64,000 nucleotides of DNA from an uncultured Clostridia bacterium (lineage in GTDB: Bacteria; Bacillota; Clostridia; TANB77; CAG-508), in assembly GCA_934177725.1 (NCBI GenBank), contig CAKPPO010000006.1:3045-67044 (forward strand), given 5' to 3'. Shown here in pieces: positions 1 through 10,873 of this stretch; the stretch's first letter is position 1; each line of letters starts with the position of its first letter. The notes under the pieces are model-generated. The model was not told the origin of the DNA, made no database searches, and saw only the letters and a program-made list of their open reading frames with translations. The translations under genes were made by a program, and so were the position numbers.

Positions 1-1062
1 TTCTGTATAAATATTTAATAAATTATTTGCTTTTTTTATTTCTAATAAATTTGCTTCTAATAAAAATAAAATATTATTACTATTTTTTAGAATATTTTTT
101 GTATAATCAAAAAAACATTCTGAAGAAGTGTCGATTATGATTGTATCGTAATATTCTTTTAATTCTTCTAATATAAATTTTATTTTTTCATTACTTATTT
201 TATATTTGCTATCAAATAATAAATTAATTCCAGATATTAAATCTACTTTTTTATTTATTTTTATTATTAATTCTTTTATTTTTATTTTATTTTGAATTAA
301 ATTATTTTTTTGTAATTTTTCTTTTATTTTTTGAGGGTATTTATTTACACCTAGAATTGTGTGTAAACTATTATTAAGAATATCAAAATCTATAATTAAT
401 ATTTTGTTTTGCTTTTCTTTTAAAATTTTGGTCAAATTCAAAGTTACTATACTTTTACCTACTCCACCTGTTCCTACAATACTAATTATTTTTTTATTAT
501 TTATTTCTATATTACTTTTTTTATTTTTTATTATTTTAATTTTATTGTTGTTTTTCATCTTATTCTTTTTTATTTTATTAAATTTTTCATTTTTTATAGA
601 ATTATTTTCTTCGTCTATTTCATAATAAATATTATTTTTTATTAATATTTCTTTTAATTTATTTAATTCTTTTTTTATTTCTTCATTATCTTTTTCTATT
701 TTTTTATTTTCATTTTTTATAAAAGAAATAATTTCATTTATTTCTACTTCATTATTATAATAAATTTTTAATATTCCTTTTTTATATAAAATATTTTCTA
801 ATTCTTCTTTTTTACTTTCTAAAATAATTATTATTTTAATTTTGATATTTTTTTCTTTTATTTTTTCTATTAATTTCTCTATATTATTTTCTCCTGGTAA
901 TATTTCACTTAATATTAAATAATCTATTTCATTTTTTTCTTCCATTATTTCAAAAATGCCTTCTTGATATTGTATATCTTTTGTTAAAATTTCAAAATCT
1001 TTTTCTTCTTTCAAATTTTCATTTAATATTGGATTAGCTAAAGCTGTAATTATTTTTTTCAT
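1..1062 (-). CDS. Pseudo-receiver N-domain fused to a ParA/MinD-family ATPase (CpaE/TadZ-like). The 5' end is present; the 3' end runs off the window
   Basis: Hand translation of the reverse strand from ATG at 1062 (RBS GAGAGGAAAAT upstream) stays open to position 1. The N-terminal ~120 aa is alpha/beta receiver-like without an obvious phospho-Asp, followed by a K/E-rich linker. A deviant Walker A IVGTGGVGKS sits at about aa 200. This ORF is absent from the ORF track because it has no stop inside the window. Confidence 0.5.
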   Translation of the reverse strand, partial: MKKIITALANPILNENLKEEKDFEILTKDIQYQEGIFEIMEEKNEIDYLILSEILPGENNIEKLIEKIKEKNIKIKIIIILESKKEELENILYKKGILKIYYNNEVEINEIISFIKNENKKIEKDNEEIKKELNKLKEILIKNNIYYEIDEENNSIKNEKFNKIKKNKMKNNNKIKIIKNKKSNIEINNKKIISIVGTGGVGKSIVTLNLTKILKEKQNKILIIDFDILNNSLHTILGVNKYPQKIKEKLQKNNLIQNKIKIKELIIKINKKVDLISGINLLFDSKYKISNEKIKFILEELKEYYDTIIIDTSSECFFDYTKNILKNSNNILFLLEANLLEIKKANNLLNIYTE

Positions 1063-1184
1063 ATTTTCCTCTCTTTCTTTTTTATTTCCTTTTTATTTAA
1101 TATTTTATTTTCTAATTTTCTATTTTCAATTTTTTTATTTTAATATTTTATTTTTAATTTTTTTGTTTTATTTTTTATAATTTT

Positions 1185-2993
1185 TTATTCAATTAAATTC
1201 TTTTCTTCATCTGAACATTCTATTTTTGTTAAAATATGATTTTCGCCCACAAACATTAAACACTCTCCTCTTTTTAATGATCTTATTTCTATTTTTTCTT
1301 TTTCTGATAAATTTGTGTAATTACCTAATATTTTAATATTGTCTTCTTCTAGTGAAAAAAATGTTTTTATTTCTGAATTATTTAATATACTTTTTCCATA
1401 TGCTCCATTTTCTAAACTAAATAAATCTGATACATCTTGTGTTATTGCTACTCCACTACCACCATATTTACGAATTGTTTTAAATATTTTATAAATAAAA
1501 CTTGCTACTTCTTTATTTGATGTAACACCAATTAATCTCCATATTTCATCTAAATAAATTGCCTTTTTTATTTTTCTGTCTTTTTTTATTTTGTCCCAAA
1601 ATAATTCAGTAAATAAATACATTCCATATTTTAAATTTTCTTCACCTAATTCATAAATATCTGCCACAATTAATTTATTATTTAATTCTACATTTGTATA
1701 ATTATTAAAAAAATTTAATGAGCCTTTTATAAAAGGAGTTAATTTAATTTTAAATTTTTGTGTATTTATATCTTTTTCTAATATATTATAAAAATCTTCT
1801 AATATTGGCATTTCGTTTAATTCTTTAAAAACTGGTTTTATATTTATTTTATTATTTTCTTTTTTATATAAAGAATTATCATCAAATGTAATTCCTTTTT
1901 CGTTATACATCTCTATTAATTTCTCTTCTATTATTGCTTTTTCCTCTTCATTTAAATTTCCAAAAATTAAATTAAAAAATCCTATTAATTTACTTATCTT
2001 TGTTGCTAAATAGCCTCCCTCTCCTTCTTCTAAACTTTCTTGTCTAATGTCGAAAATATTTATATATGTATTTGAATTTGGTCCGATTTTTAATAATGTT
2101 CCATCTAAATTTTCACATAATTTTGTGTATTCCCTTTCCGGGTCTATAATATATTGTTCAATTCCTAATATTCTAAATCGTAATGCTAATAATTTGATAT
2201 AAAAAGATTTTCCTGCTCCACTACTTCCAAAAATACACATATTAGCATTTTTATATTTATTTGTATTATATCTATCTATAAAAATTAAAGAATTATTATA
2301 AATATTTGTACCTATAAAAATACCATGTTCATCAAAAATTGATGATGAAATAAATGGGTATGTGCAAACTAAGCTTGAAGTTAATACATTTCTTTTTGCA
2401 ATATTTTTTATTTCTTTTTCATTTTCCATTATAGGAAGACATGCTTTAAAAGTTTGCTCTTGCCTAAAATATGCTCTTCTTGATTGCATACCTTTTGCAC
2501 TTAAAATGCCTTCTATTTTATTTAATAAATATTCTAATTCTTTTTTATCTTTAGAATAAATATTTAAATAAATATATAAAAAATAAATATCTTCGTTGTT
2601 AACTTGTATTTCTTTTCTAATATATTTTGCATCTTTATATGTAAATGCTGCTATTTCTATGTCTTCTCTATTTTCATTTTTGTTTTTCAAATCTGCTCCC
2701 ACATTTCCAATATGATATGTTAAATCTTTTACTATTTTGTATGGATTTTGTTTTTCGTAGAAAATAGAAATATTCATATTAATATTTGAATCTAATATTG
2801 TTTTTAATAATAAGTCATTTTGTTCATGATAATAATTTGTAATAATTAAATTAGAATAAAATAAATTATCTATTTCTATATATTTTGGATTAGATAAATT
2901 TATATAACTTGGACTTAAAAAATCTTTTTGAGTAAAAATTCCTTCTATTTTTTCTTTTATTTCTTTCAATATATTTTTTATATTATTTTCCAT
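1185..2993 (-). CDS. VirB4/PrgJ/TcpF-family conjugative type IV secretion ATPase, C-terminal 602-aa portion
   Basis: Walker A IFGSSGAGKSF, then YIIDPEREY...INIFDI, Walker B AIYLDEIWRL, and SGVAITQDVSDL. The N-terminal SPSYINLSNPKYIEIDNLFYSNLII block matches Gram-positive VirB4 homologs. An own RBS GGTAGGTGA lies 5 nt before the ATG. Confidence 0.6.
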   Translation of the reverse strand: MENNIKNILKEIKEKIEGIFTQKDFLSPSYINLSNPKYIEIDNLFYSNLIITNYYHEQNDLLLKTILDSNINMNISIFYEKQNPYKIVKDLTYHIGNVGADLKNKNENREDIEIAAFTYKDAKYIRKEIQVNNEDIYFLYIYLNIYSKDKKELEYLLNKIEGILSAKGMQSRRAYFRQEQTFKACLPIMENEKEIKNIAKRNVLTSSLVCTYPFISSSIFDEHGIFIGTNIYNNSLIFIDRYNTNKYKNANMCIFGSSGAGKSFYIKLLALRFRILGIEQYIIDPEREYTKLCENLDGTLLKIGPNSNTYINIFDIRQESLEEGEGGYLATKISKLIGFFNLIFGNLNEEEKAIIEEKLIEMYNEKGITFDDNSLYKKENNKINIKPVFKELNEMPILEDFYNILEKDINTQKFKIKLTPFIKGSLNFFNNYTNVELNNKLIVADIYELGEENLKYGMYLFTELFWDKIKKDRKIKKAIYLDEIWRLIGVTSNKEVASFIYKIFKTIRKYGGSGVAITQDVSDLFSLENGAYGKSILNNSEIKTFFSLEEDNIKILGNYTNLSEKEKIEIRSLKRGECLMFVGENHILTKIECSDEEKNLIE

Positions 2994-3008
2994 AACTCAC
3001 CTACCTTA

Positions 3009-3575
3009 TTATAAATTTTCTAATAATAATAGTCTTTTATTTATAAAGGATTGTATTAATTTTTTTACATTTTCTTTTTTATTTATATCTTTTACAATAT
3101 TTCCGCAACGAGCTAAACATTCTTTTATTTTAAAATAGTTTTCGTTTAATTCTTCTACAATATTTTCTTCTATTTTTTCATCTTTAATATTATTTTTAAT
3201 AATTATATAAAAATTTTTATTTGATGATTTTTTGTTTTTATTTAATTCTTTTATATAATTAATATAATTTTCTGATATTTTTTTAATATTTTCTCTTTCT
3301 TTATTTTTTTGGAAATTAATATCTGAAATAATTTTTTCTAGATTTTCTTTATTACTTTGAATTAAAATTTGAAAATTAAAATTACATGTTTTTAAAAATA
3401 TTTTATAAGAATTTAAAATTGCCTCTTTTTCTAGTTCCGACTTTAGATTAAAATTAATTGGAATTATTTCTAATATTTTAATATATGAAGTATTTTTTAA
3501 TTTAATAATTCCGTTTTCTAATATAGATTCAAATGGTAGCCATGCTTGTACAGATTGAATTTGTTTATTTTTCAT
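3009..3575 (-). CDS. N-terminal domain of a VirB4/PrgJ-family ATPase encoded as a separate 188-aa ORF
   Basis: WLPFESILENGIIKLKNTSYIKILEIIPINFNLKSELEKEAILNSYKIFLKTCNFNFQILIQS resembles the N-terminal domain of Gram-positive VirB4 proteins. It ends in TAA TAA, 15 nt upstream of and in the same frame as the 602-aa ORF. RBS GGAAAGAAAAGAGGTG is present. Confidence 0.5.
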   Translation of the reverse strand: MKNKQIQSVQAWLPFESILENGIIKLKNTSYIKILEIIPINFNLKSELEKEAILNSYKIFLKTCNFNFQILIQSNKENLEKIISDINFQKNKERENIKKISENYINYIKELNKNKKSSNKNFYIIIKNNIKDEKIEENIVEELNENYFKIKECLARCGNIVKDINKKENVKKLIQSFINKRLLLLENL

Positions 3576-3596
3576 TTTTACACCTCTTTTCTTTCC

Positions 3597-3625
3597 ATTT
3601 CTAGTTTACATATTTTTCCATTGTT
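3597..3625 (-). promoter_or_regulatory. Sigma-A-like promoter for the VirB4-N/VirB4-C/ParA-like operon
   Basis: The reverse strand reads TTGACA, a 17-nt spacer, then TAAACT, upstream of the 188-aa ORF. The -35 overlaps a short TTGTC...GACAA dyad. Confidence 0.3.
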
Positions 3626-3662
3626 TGTCAAGAAAAATCGTAAGACAAATTTCGACAAATGC

Positions 3663-4592
3663 CTATATATTGCTACATTCATCTATTGACTTTAATAAAA
3701 TTTCTTCTACTTCTTCATATATTTTATCAGCATTTTCTAAAGGGAGTGGTCGTCCTTCTTCACCTTTTCCTATTTCAATTGTATAACCCGGTTTTTTAAA
3801 ATTTTCTATAAACCAATCTTTATAACCTGCAAATGAAGAATAATAATCTGGCTTTGTTAATAAATATCCACTTACTTTTTCTAATTTTTTTCCTATTTCA
3901 TATGCATTATCTATTTTATAATTTAAATAATTCCAATATATTTCTTGTCCTTGAGAATGAAGAGAAATAGTCATATTAAAATTAAACAATTTTGTGAAAT
4001 TAACCATATTTTTTGTTTCTATTTCTGAAAGAGGATTTGGTCCCGGATAATCTCTTGGTCCTGGCATAGTTATTCCTTTTTTTGCTTTATTTTTTACTGC
4101 ATTTTGCCAACCTGCAGGATAATTTAAATTTAAATCTACTCCTCTTATATTTGCTTTCCAGTTTTCTATTTGGTTTATATGTTTTTCCCATATTTCTTTA
4201 TATAAGTTTTCATTTAATATTTTTTTATTTTTTAAACATAAATTAACTCCATCTGGATTTACCATTGGAACAAAAAATACACTTACTTTATTCCATAATT
4301 CATTTATTTCGTATCCCTTATAATTTTCTTTATTTTTATATAATTGTAAATATTTTTCTATAAATAACATTGTTTGCAAACTTGTCATCCATTCATTTGC
4401 ATGATGTGAAGCATTTATAAATAATTTTTTATTTCCTTCACCTAATTTAATATAAATTATTTTTTCCCCTAATGTACTTTTTCCAATATTATTTATTTTA
4501 AAAAATGGATATTCGTAATTTAAAAATAACATATCATTTTTTAAAATATCATAATTATATTCTTTATTTATTTTTATTATTTTATTTTTCAA
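3663..4592 (-). CDS. M14-family zinc carboxypeptidase / gamma-D-glutamyl-L-diamino acid endopeptidase-like
   Basis: NASHHANEW zinc-binding motif, VPMVNPDG, and an overall M14 (endopeptidase I-like) architecture. Confidence 0.65.
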   Translation of the reverse strand: MKNKIIKINKEYNYDILKNDMLFLNYEYPFFKINNIGKSTLGEKIIYIKLGEGNKKLFINASHHANEWMTSLQTMLFIEKYLQLYKNKENYKGYEINELWNKVSVFFVPMVNPDGVNLCLKNKKILNENLYKEIWEKHINQIENWKANIRGVDLNLNYPAGWQNAVKNKAKKGITMPGPRDYPGPNPLSEIETKNMVNFTKLFNFNMTISLHSQGQEIYWNYLNYKIDNAYEIGKKLEKVSGYLLTKPDYYSSFAGYKDWFIENFKKPGYTIEIGKGEEGRPLPLENADKIYEEVEEILLKSIDECSNI

Positions 4593-5466
4593 AAATATTC
4601 TCCTTTTTATTTTAATTATTTTTTATATTTTTATTATAAAAAATAATTATTTATTACTTTTTAATTAAAATATTTATAATTTATACCTTCGGTACAAAAA
4701 TACAAAAAAATTTTTTAAATTTTTGAATAAAAAAAATAAAAAAGAACATAATATTATCATAAGGTTAATATTAGCCTAGCAAAGAGTAATATTAGGTTTT
4801 TATAAAAGGCTTTTTGTTATTCGAACAAAGATGTATTATAGTTTAAGTAAAACTTAGATTATAATATGTCGGAGTTGAAGAGTATATTATTTGTTTGTAA
4901 GCTATATTTTTTACATTATATTTTTATTTTATTATATTTTGTATTTTATATATGGTTAAATAATAGGTAATATATTGGAGTTAAAATTATATTTATATAT
5001 TATTGTGGTCATTATTAGTCCTATTTTAGGATGAATATGGTTATTATGTGTGTATTTATAGTCGAACGAATGATTATTATTTTTGGTTTATTGCTTATTT
5101 ATATAGTAATATATATTAGGTGAAAAAATTAGGAATAATAGTTTTAGTTGAAAGTTAATATTAGCTTTATGCGATAATAGCACGTAATAGTATTAATCTA
5201 TTACGTGCTATTAATTATTTATTTCTCTATTTGATTATAAAATTAAATAATTTCTTTTATTTATCTATTTTATTTGTTCTAATAAAATGGCCTTCTTGTA
5301 TTGCTGAAAAAGTTGCAATTACACATATTATTATTTCTATAATTTCTACTTTTGAAAATTGCATAAATAATGGATATATAAATAAAGCAAAACCCGTTAT
5401 CTTATTTCCTAATGTATGTAATAATATTAATTTTTTATAATATATATATCCACATATAATATTAAC

Positions 5467-6486
5467 TTACTCTTTACTATTTTGTTTCAATCCCCATTCT
5501 AGTCTATTATCAAATTTATATTTTGTTTTATTTGGATTACCTTCACATATTTCATTATATAAACTATTCAAATCATATACAGCAGACCAAATAGTATCGA
5601 AATTTAACTTCTTTTCAAATTGACATACAAACCCATATTTACCAGAAATAATATTTTTACTTTCTTCAAAATCAATATTTGAATTATTTTTCAAATAACT
5701 ATCTACTGTATTATATCTATCATTTGTATAATACCAATTATTTTCTTTGTTATTATATTTAATCATATTATCTGAAATAAAATGATTTGTTGCTATTACA
5801 TATTTTTCATCATACCTAATACTTATTTCTTCACTTGTACATTCTACTACTGCTATTTTACCATTTTTATCTGCTATAACTATATTATGTGATGAAGATA
5901 TAGGTAAAGATTTAATTAATTCTATAGCTTCTTCTGTTGTCTTACATTCTTCTAACATCTTTCTTACTATAAATCCACCGTTAATTCCTGGTTTAATTTT
6001 CTTTGACAAAAGAAATGTTAGTGCAACACATAGACCATATTCATTTATACCATCTTCTAAAGAAATCATTGCTGTTGAATGTGCTAAAAAAGTATTTTTA
6101 TTTTCTACTCTATACAAAACACTTTCACTTGTTTTTTTATATTCTGGAAACATATCCATATTTCTTGCAAAATATACTTTATCTTTATTTTTTACTGCAA
6201 ATACAGTACATCCATGTTCTTCTTCATTACAATAGATATTGAATAACCAATAAGCTAAGTCTTCATATTTTTGATGTAATCCATCTGCTAATCCCCTTAC
6301 TTCTTTCATTATCTCTTTCATGTGTTTTTCATATATTGGCAGGCACTTTTCTCCAAATAATTTTTGTTTTTCTGTTAAATTAATTACTGAAGATAAATCT
6401 TCTCCCTTTTTATATAATAAATCACCATAATGTTTCCCCATTTCATAATGATTTCCTTTTATTCTTGGATGATACATATATTTCAT
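5467..6486 (-). CDS. Peptidase C45 / acyl-CoA:6-APA acyltransferase-like (choloylglycine hydrolase-like Ntn hydrolase)
   Basis: EHGCTVFAVKNKDKVYFARNMD, an N-terminal-nucleophile Cys context typical of the C45/AAT family. Tightly spaced (24 nt) after the upstream gene. Confidence 0.5.
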   Translation of the reverse strand: MKYMYHPRIKGNHYEMGKHYGDLLYKKGEDLSSVINLTEKQKLFGEKCLPIYEKHMKEIMKEVRGLADGLHQKYEDLAYWLFNIYCNEEEHGCTVFAVKNKDKVYFARNMDMFPEYKKTSESVLYRVENKNTFLAHSTAMISLEDGINEYGLCVALTFLLSKKIKPGINGGFIVRKMLEECKTTEEAIELIKSLPISSSHNIVIADKNGKIAVVECTSEEISIRYDEKYVIATNHFISDNMIKYNNKENNWYYTNDRYNTVDSYLKNNSNIDFEESKNIISGKYGFVCQFEKKLNFDTIWSAVYDLNSLYNEICEGNPNKTKYKFDNRLEWGLKQNSKE

Positions 6487-6509
6487 CTTCCCTTCAAATT
6501 ATATTTTTT

Positions 6510-7580
6510 CTATATTTCATTTACTGCTTTATTTATTAATTTATATGCTTGATATTCAATTTCGGCAATATCAAGTAAAACTTTGCTTGATATATCTATA
6601 TTATTTCTCTTATCTAATAAATAATCTATGAATATATCACATAATTTCTCAAAGTGTTTGCCACTTTCTGCAAATATTTTTCCTGCTTTCCTTAAATCAG
6701 TATTATTATACTCATTTCCAAGTTCTATCAAAACATTACTCATTTTATCTCTAGAGCATGCAAATACTACATCATCCTTTTTATTTATTCCTTTTAATCT
6801 ATTTGGTGTAGTTGGTACTGTACCACAAAATTCTACAACATTTTTTATAATTTTTTTAGTATCTTCTTTTCCTAGTAATTTTTCCCACTCCACTATTTCT
6901 TGTGATAGTTTTTTTATTCCATTTACTCCTAAGAAACTAGTTTTTGGATTAAGAAACTGTTCTGATTTTATTATCATTGAGTTTCTAAAAATTTCTTTTT
7001 TACTTTTAGGTTTGTCCATTCTAATAGTACAAATTGTATTTGGATTAGATAATCCTTTATAACTAGCACTCATTGCCAAATAAAGATTATCAAATGACAT
7101 ATTCATAAGTTCTTTTCTACCGCAATCATAGAAATATACTTTTTCTTTTTCATCATCATAACCTACCATTAAGAAATAATGAAATGGAATATGCTCCTTA
7201 TGATATATTTTTTCAAAATAATCTAAATAATACATATCTAAAGCACCTATAACAACAGGATAATTGTTATCAATTTCTTTTTTCGCTTTTTTTAGTGCTA
7301 ATTCAGGTGTTTTAGATTCTATAAAGTGATAATCAAAATTAACTATTGGAGCAAGAAATTTATACATTTGTTTTGTTCTGCCATCTCCAAATGATACCAT
7401 TCTTTTTATATCCGCTTTATTTGTTTTTATATATGCAAAACTACAAAAACCACTCATAGCAAAAAAGAATTGACTAGGAAGTTTTTCTCCAGTTTTATTC
7501 ATATAAATGTCTTCAATACCATTCCACATACATTCATAGTCATCAAAATGATGAGAAAATTTTTCTATTATTTTTTTCAT
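6510..7580 (-). CDS. BtrH N-domain (C39-like) plus DUF4872-type protein
   Basis: Length and motif layout (YECMWNG..., FAMSGFCSF, VGYDDEKEKVYFYD) match BtrH_N/DUF4872 acyl-carrier-associated transferase-like proteins. The family call comes from memory of the fold. Confidence 0.4.
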   Translation of the reverse strand: MKKIIEKFSHHFDDYECMWNGIEDIYMNKTGEKLPSQFFFAMSGFCSFAYIKTNKADIKRMVSFGDGRTKQMYKFLAPIVNFDYHFIESKTPELALKKAKKEIDNNYPVVIGALDMYYLDYFEKIYHKEHIPFHYFLMVGYDDEKEKVYFYDCGRKELMNMSFDNLYLAMSASYKGLSNPNTICTIRMDKPKSKKEIFRNSMIIKSEQFLNPKTSFLGVNGIKKLSQEIVEWEKLLGKEDTKKIIKNVVEFCGTVPTTPNRLKGINKKDDVVFACSRDKMSNVLIELGNEYNNTDLRKAGKIFAESGKHFEKLCDIFIDYLLDKRNNIDISSKVLLDIAEIEYQAYKLINKAVNEI

Positions 7581-7660
7581 AATATTCCTCTCTTTTAAAA
7601 TGTGGCTTTATTTAATTATCTTTATATTCTGCTTTATAATTAGAAACTATATTAATTTAA

Positions 7661-8470
7661 TTACTTTCTTTTAATTGGAACTTGTATTTCCGTTAACCAA
7701 TCTTCAACATTTTCTTTATTCCAAATTCCATCAATATAACATTCTCTTGGACAATCAATTATTTCTAAATTATTATCTTCTATGTACTTCATAATTTTTC
7801 CATAAGACCTTCCTAATTCATTATATGGTCCTTTATGATATATACATATACATCTAGTTTCAGGTATATCCATAAATTTAATATTGTTACTTTCTTTAAA
7901 TGGTTTGTCTTCTTTTAATACTGCTTGAGCATATCTAATTTTAATATCTTTTTCCTTATATTCTCCATCTAAATAATTTACAAAGCAATAATCTGGTTCT
8001 TCACATTTAATTTCAGGATTCAATTCTAAACACTCTACTCCTGATTTTTGTATAAACTCAGATGTCTCACTATATTCTTTCAAAATTCCTTCTTTGTAAT
8101 AAACATAATGTGCTGGTATAACTTTTTCAAATATGTCTTCTTTCATGTCCTTCTCCTCCAATAAATAATTTAGTTTGGATAGCTGATAATTATATTCAAA
8201 AATAGTTTTTTCTAATTCTTTTTTTCTCGCTTTTAATACATCATCTAGTGGATCATTATTAATCATTATTCTCTTTATTTCATCAATAGATAAACCTACC
8301 TGTTTTAATGACATAATTCTAGCAGTATCTAATAATTGTTTATTTTCATAATACCTATACCCAGTTAATTCATCAATATACTTTGGTATTAACAATTTTT
8401 CTTTTTCATAATATCTTAATGCTTTAATAGTAACTTTAGACATTTTAGAAAAATCTCCTATTTTTAGCAT
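7661..8470 (-). CDS. MerR-family transcriptional regulator with C-terminal GyrI-like effector domain (BmrR-like)
   Basis: N-terminal HTH MLKIGDFSKMSKVTIKALRYYEKEKLLIP, coiled-coil linker, and a C-terminal GyrI-like domain. RBS AGGAGG 7 nt upstream. Confidence 0.75.
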   Translation of the reverse strand: MLKIGDFSKMSKVTIKALRYYEKEKLLIPKYIDELTGYRYYENKQLLDTARIMSLKQVGLSIDEIKRIMINNDPLDDVLKARKKELEKTIFEYNYQLSKLNYLLEEKDMKEDIFEKVIPAHYVYYKEGILKEYSETSEFIQKSGVECLELNPEIKCEEPDYCFVNYLDGEYKEKDIKIRYAQAVLKEDKPFKESNNIKFMDIPETRCICIYHKGPYNELGRSYGKIMKYIEDNNLEIIDCPRECYIDGIWNKENVEDWLTEIQVPIKRK

Positions 8471-8490
8471 ATTATCGCCTCCTAATATTA

Positions 8491-8521
8491 TTTATACAAC
8501 CTACTCTAAGGGGAGAGTCAA
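8491..8521 (-). promoter_or_regulatory. MerR-type promoter with a 19-nt spacer and a BmrR-like operator
   Basis: The reverse strand reads TTGACT, then the 19-nt spacer ctccccttagagtaggttg, then TATAAA. The spacer contains the dyad ACTCTccccttAGAGT and closely resembles the B. subtilis bmr operator core CTCCCCTTAG. Confidence 0.45.
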
Positions 8522-8577
8522 TAGTTTTTTTATTTTTTAATTATAAATATACTATTTTTAATTTTTCTATTATATAA

Positions 8578-8612
8578 AAATGAGATTTTTGAGTGTACCC
8601 CAAAAATCTCAC
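8578..8612 (-). terminator. Rho-independent terminator after gyrB
   Basis: A 10-bp stem gagatttttg/caaaaatctc followed by a T-run on the minus strand. Confidence 0.5.
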
Positions 8613-8616
8613 TAAA

Positions 8617-10551
<1,935 letters not shown>

Positions 10552-10610
10552 TTAACCATCCTTTTATTTTTATAATATATGTTTTCCACATTTTGTTCTT
10601 TATATGTGGA

Positions 10611-10868
10611 TTATACTATCTCTTTTTGTAGTCTTTTTGCTAATGTTATAGATGATATATTAGATATATATCCTTTTGTTTTTTTATTATTTTCAATTAA
10701 TAATAATGTTTTTTTATTGCCTTCTGAAATATCTGTTATTTTATTTTCTATATTTAGTTCTTTTTCTATTTCTTCCATACTTTTATTTATTAACATTTTT
10801 TCTAAATCAATTATTGTAATAATTTCTTTTGATGGAATAATAGTATCTTTTCCTATATGAACATACAT
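10611..10868 (-). CDS. remB: DUF370 / RemB (YaaB) family protein
   Basis: 85-aa ORF between recF and gyrB, the conserved position of B. subtilis yaaB. Confidence 0.65.
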   Translation of the reverse strand: MYVHIGKDTIIPSKEIITIIDLEKMLINKSMEEIEKELNIENKITDISEGNKKTLLLIENNKKTKGYISNISSITLAKRLQKEIV

Positions 10869-10873
10869 ATTAT

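Noticed and set aside
359-625. Plus-strand 88-aa ORF with a poly-Leu/Ile/Phe translation
   Set aside because: It lies antisense inside the ParA-like gene. The low-complexity translation is typical of reading AT-rich coding DNA in the wrong frame, and there is no RBS.
2994-3011. Possible stop-codon recoding (Sec/Pyl or programmed readthrough) joining the two VirB4 ORFs
   Set aside because: The junction has TAA TAA and then TGA within 15 nt, plus an RBS and ATG for the second half. Three consecutive stops cannot be a recoding site. Nonsense disruption or a genuinely split gene is more parsimonious.
5231-5440. 69-aa plus-strand ORF between the non-coding tract and the C45 gene
   Set aside because: No RBS; it overlaps a region of TAATATTA motifs; likely non-coding.
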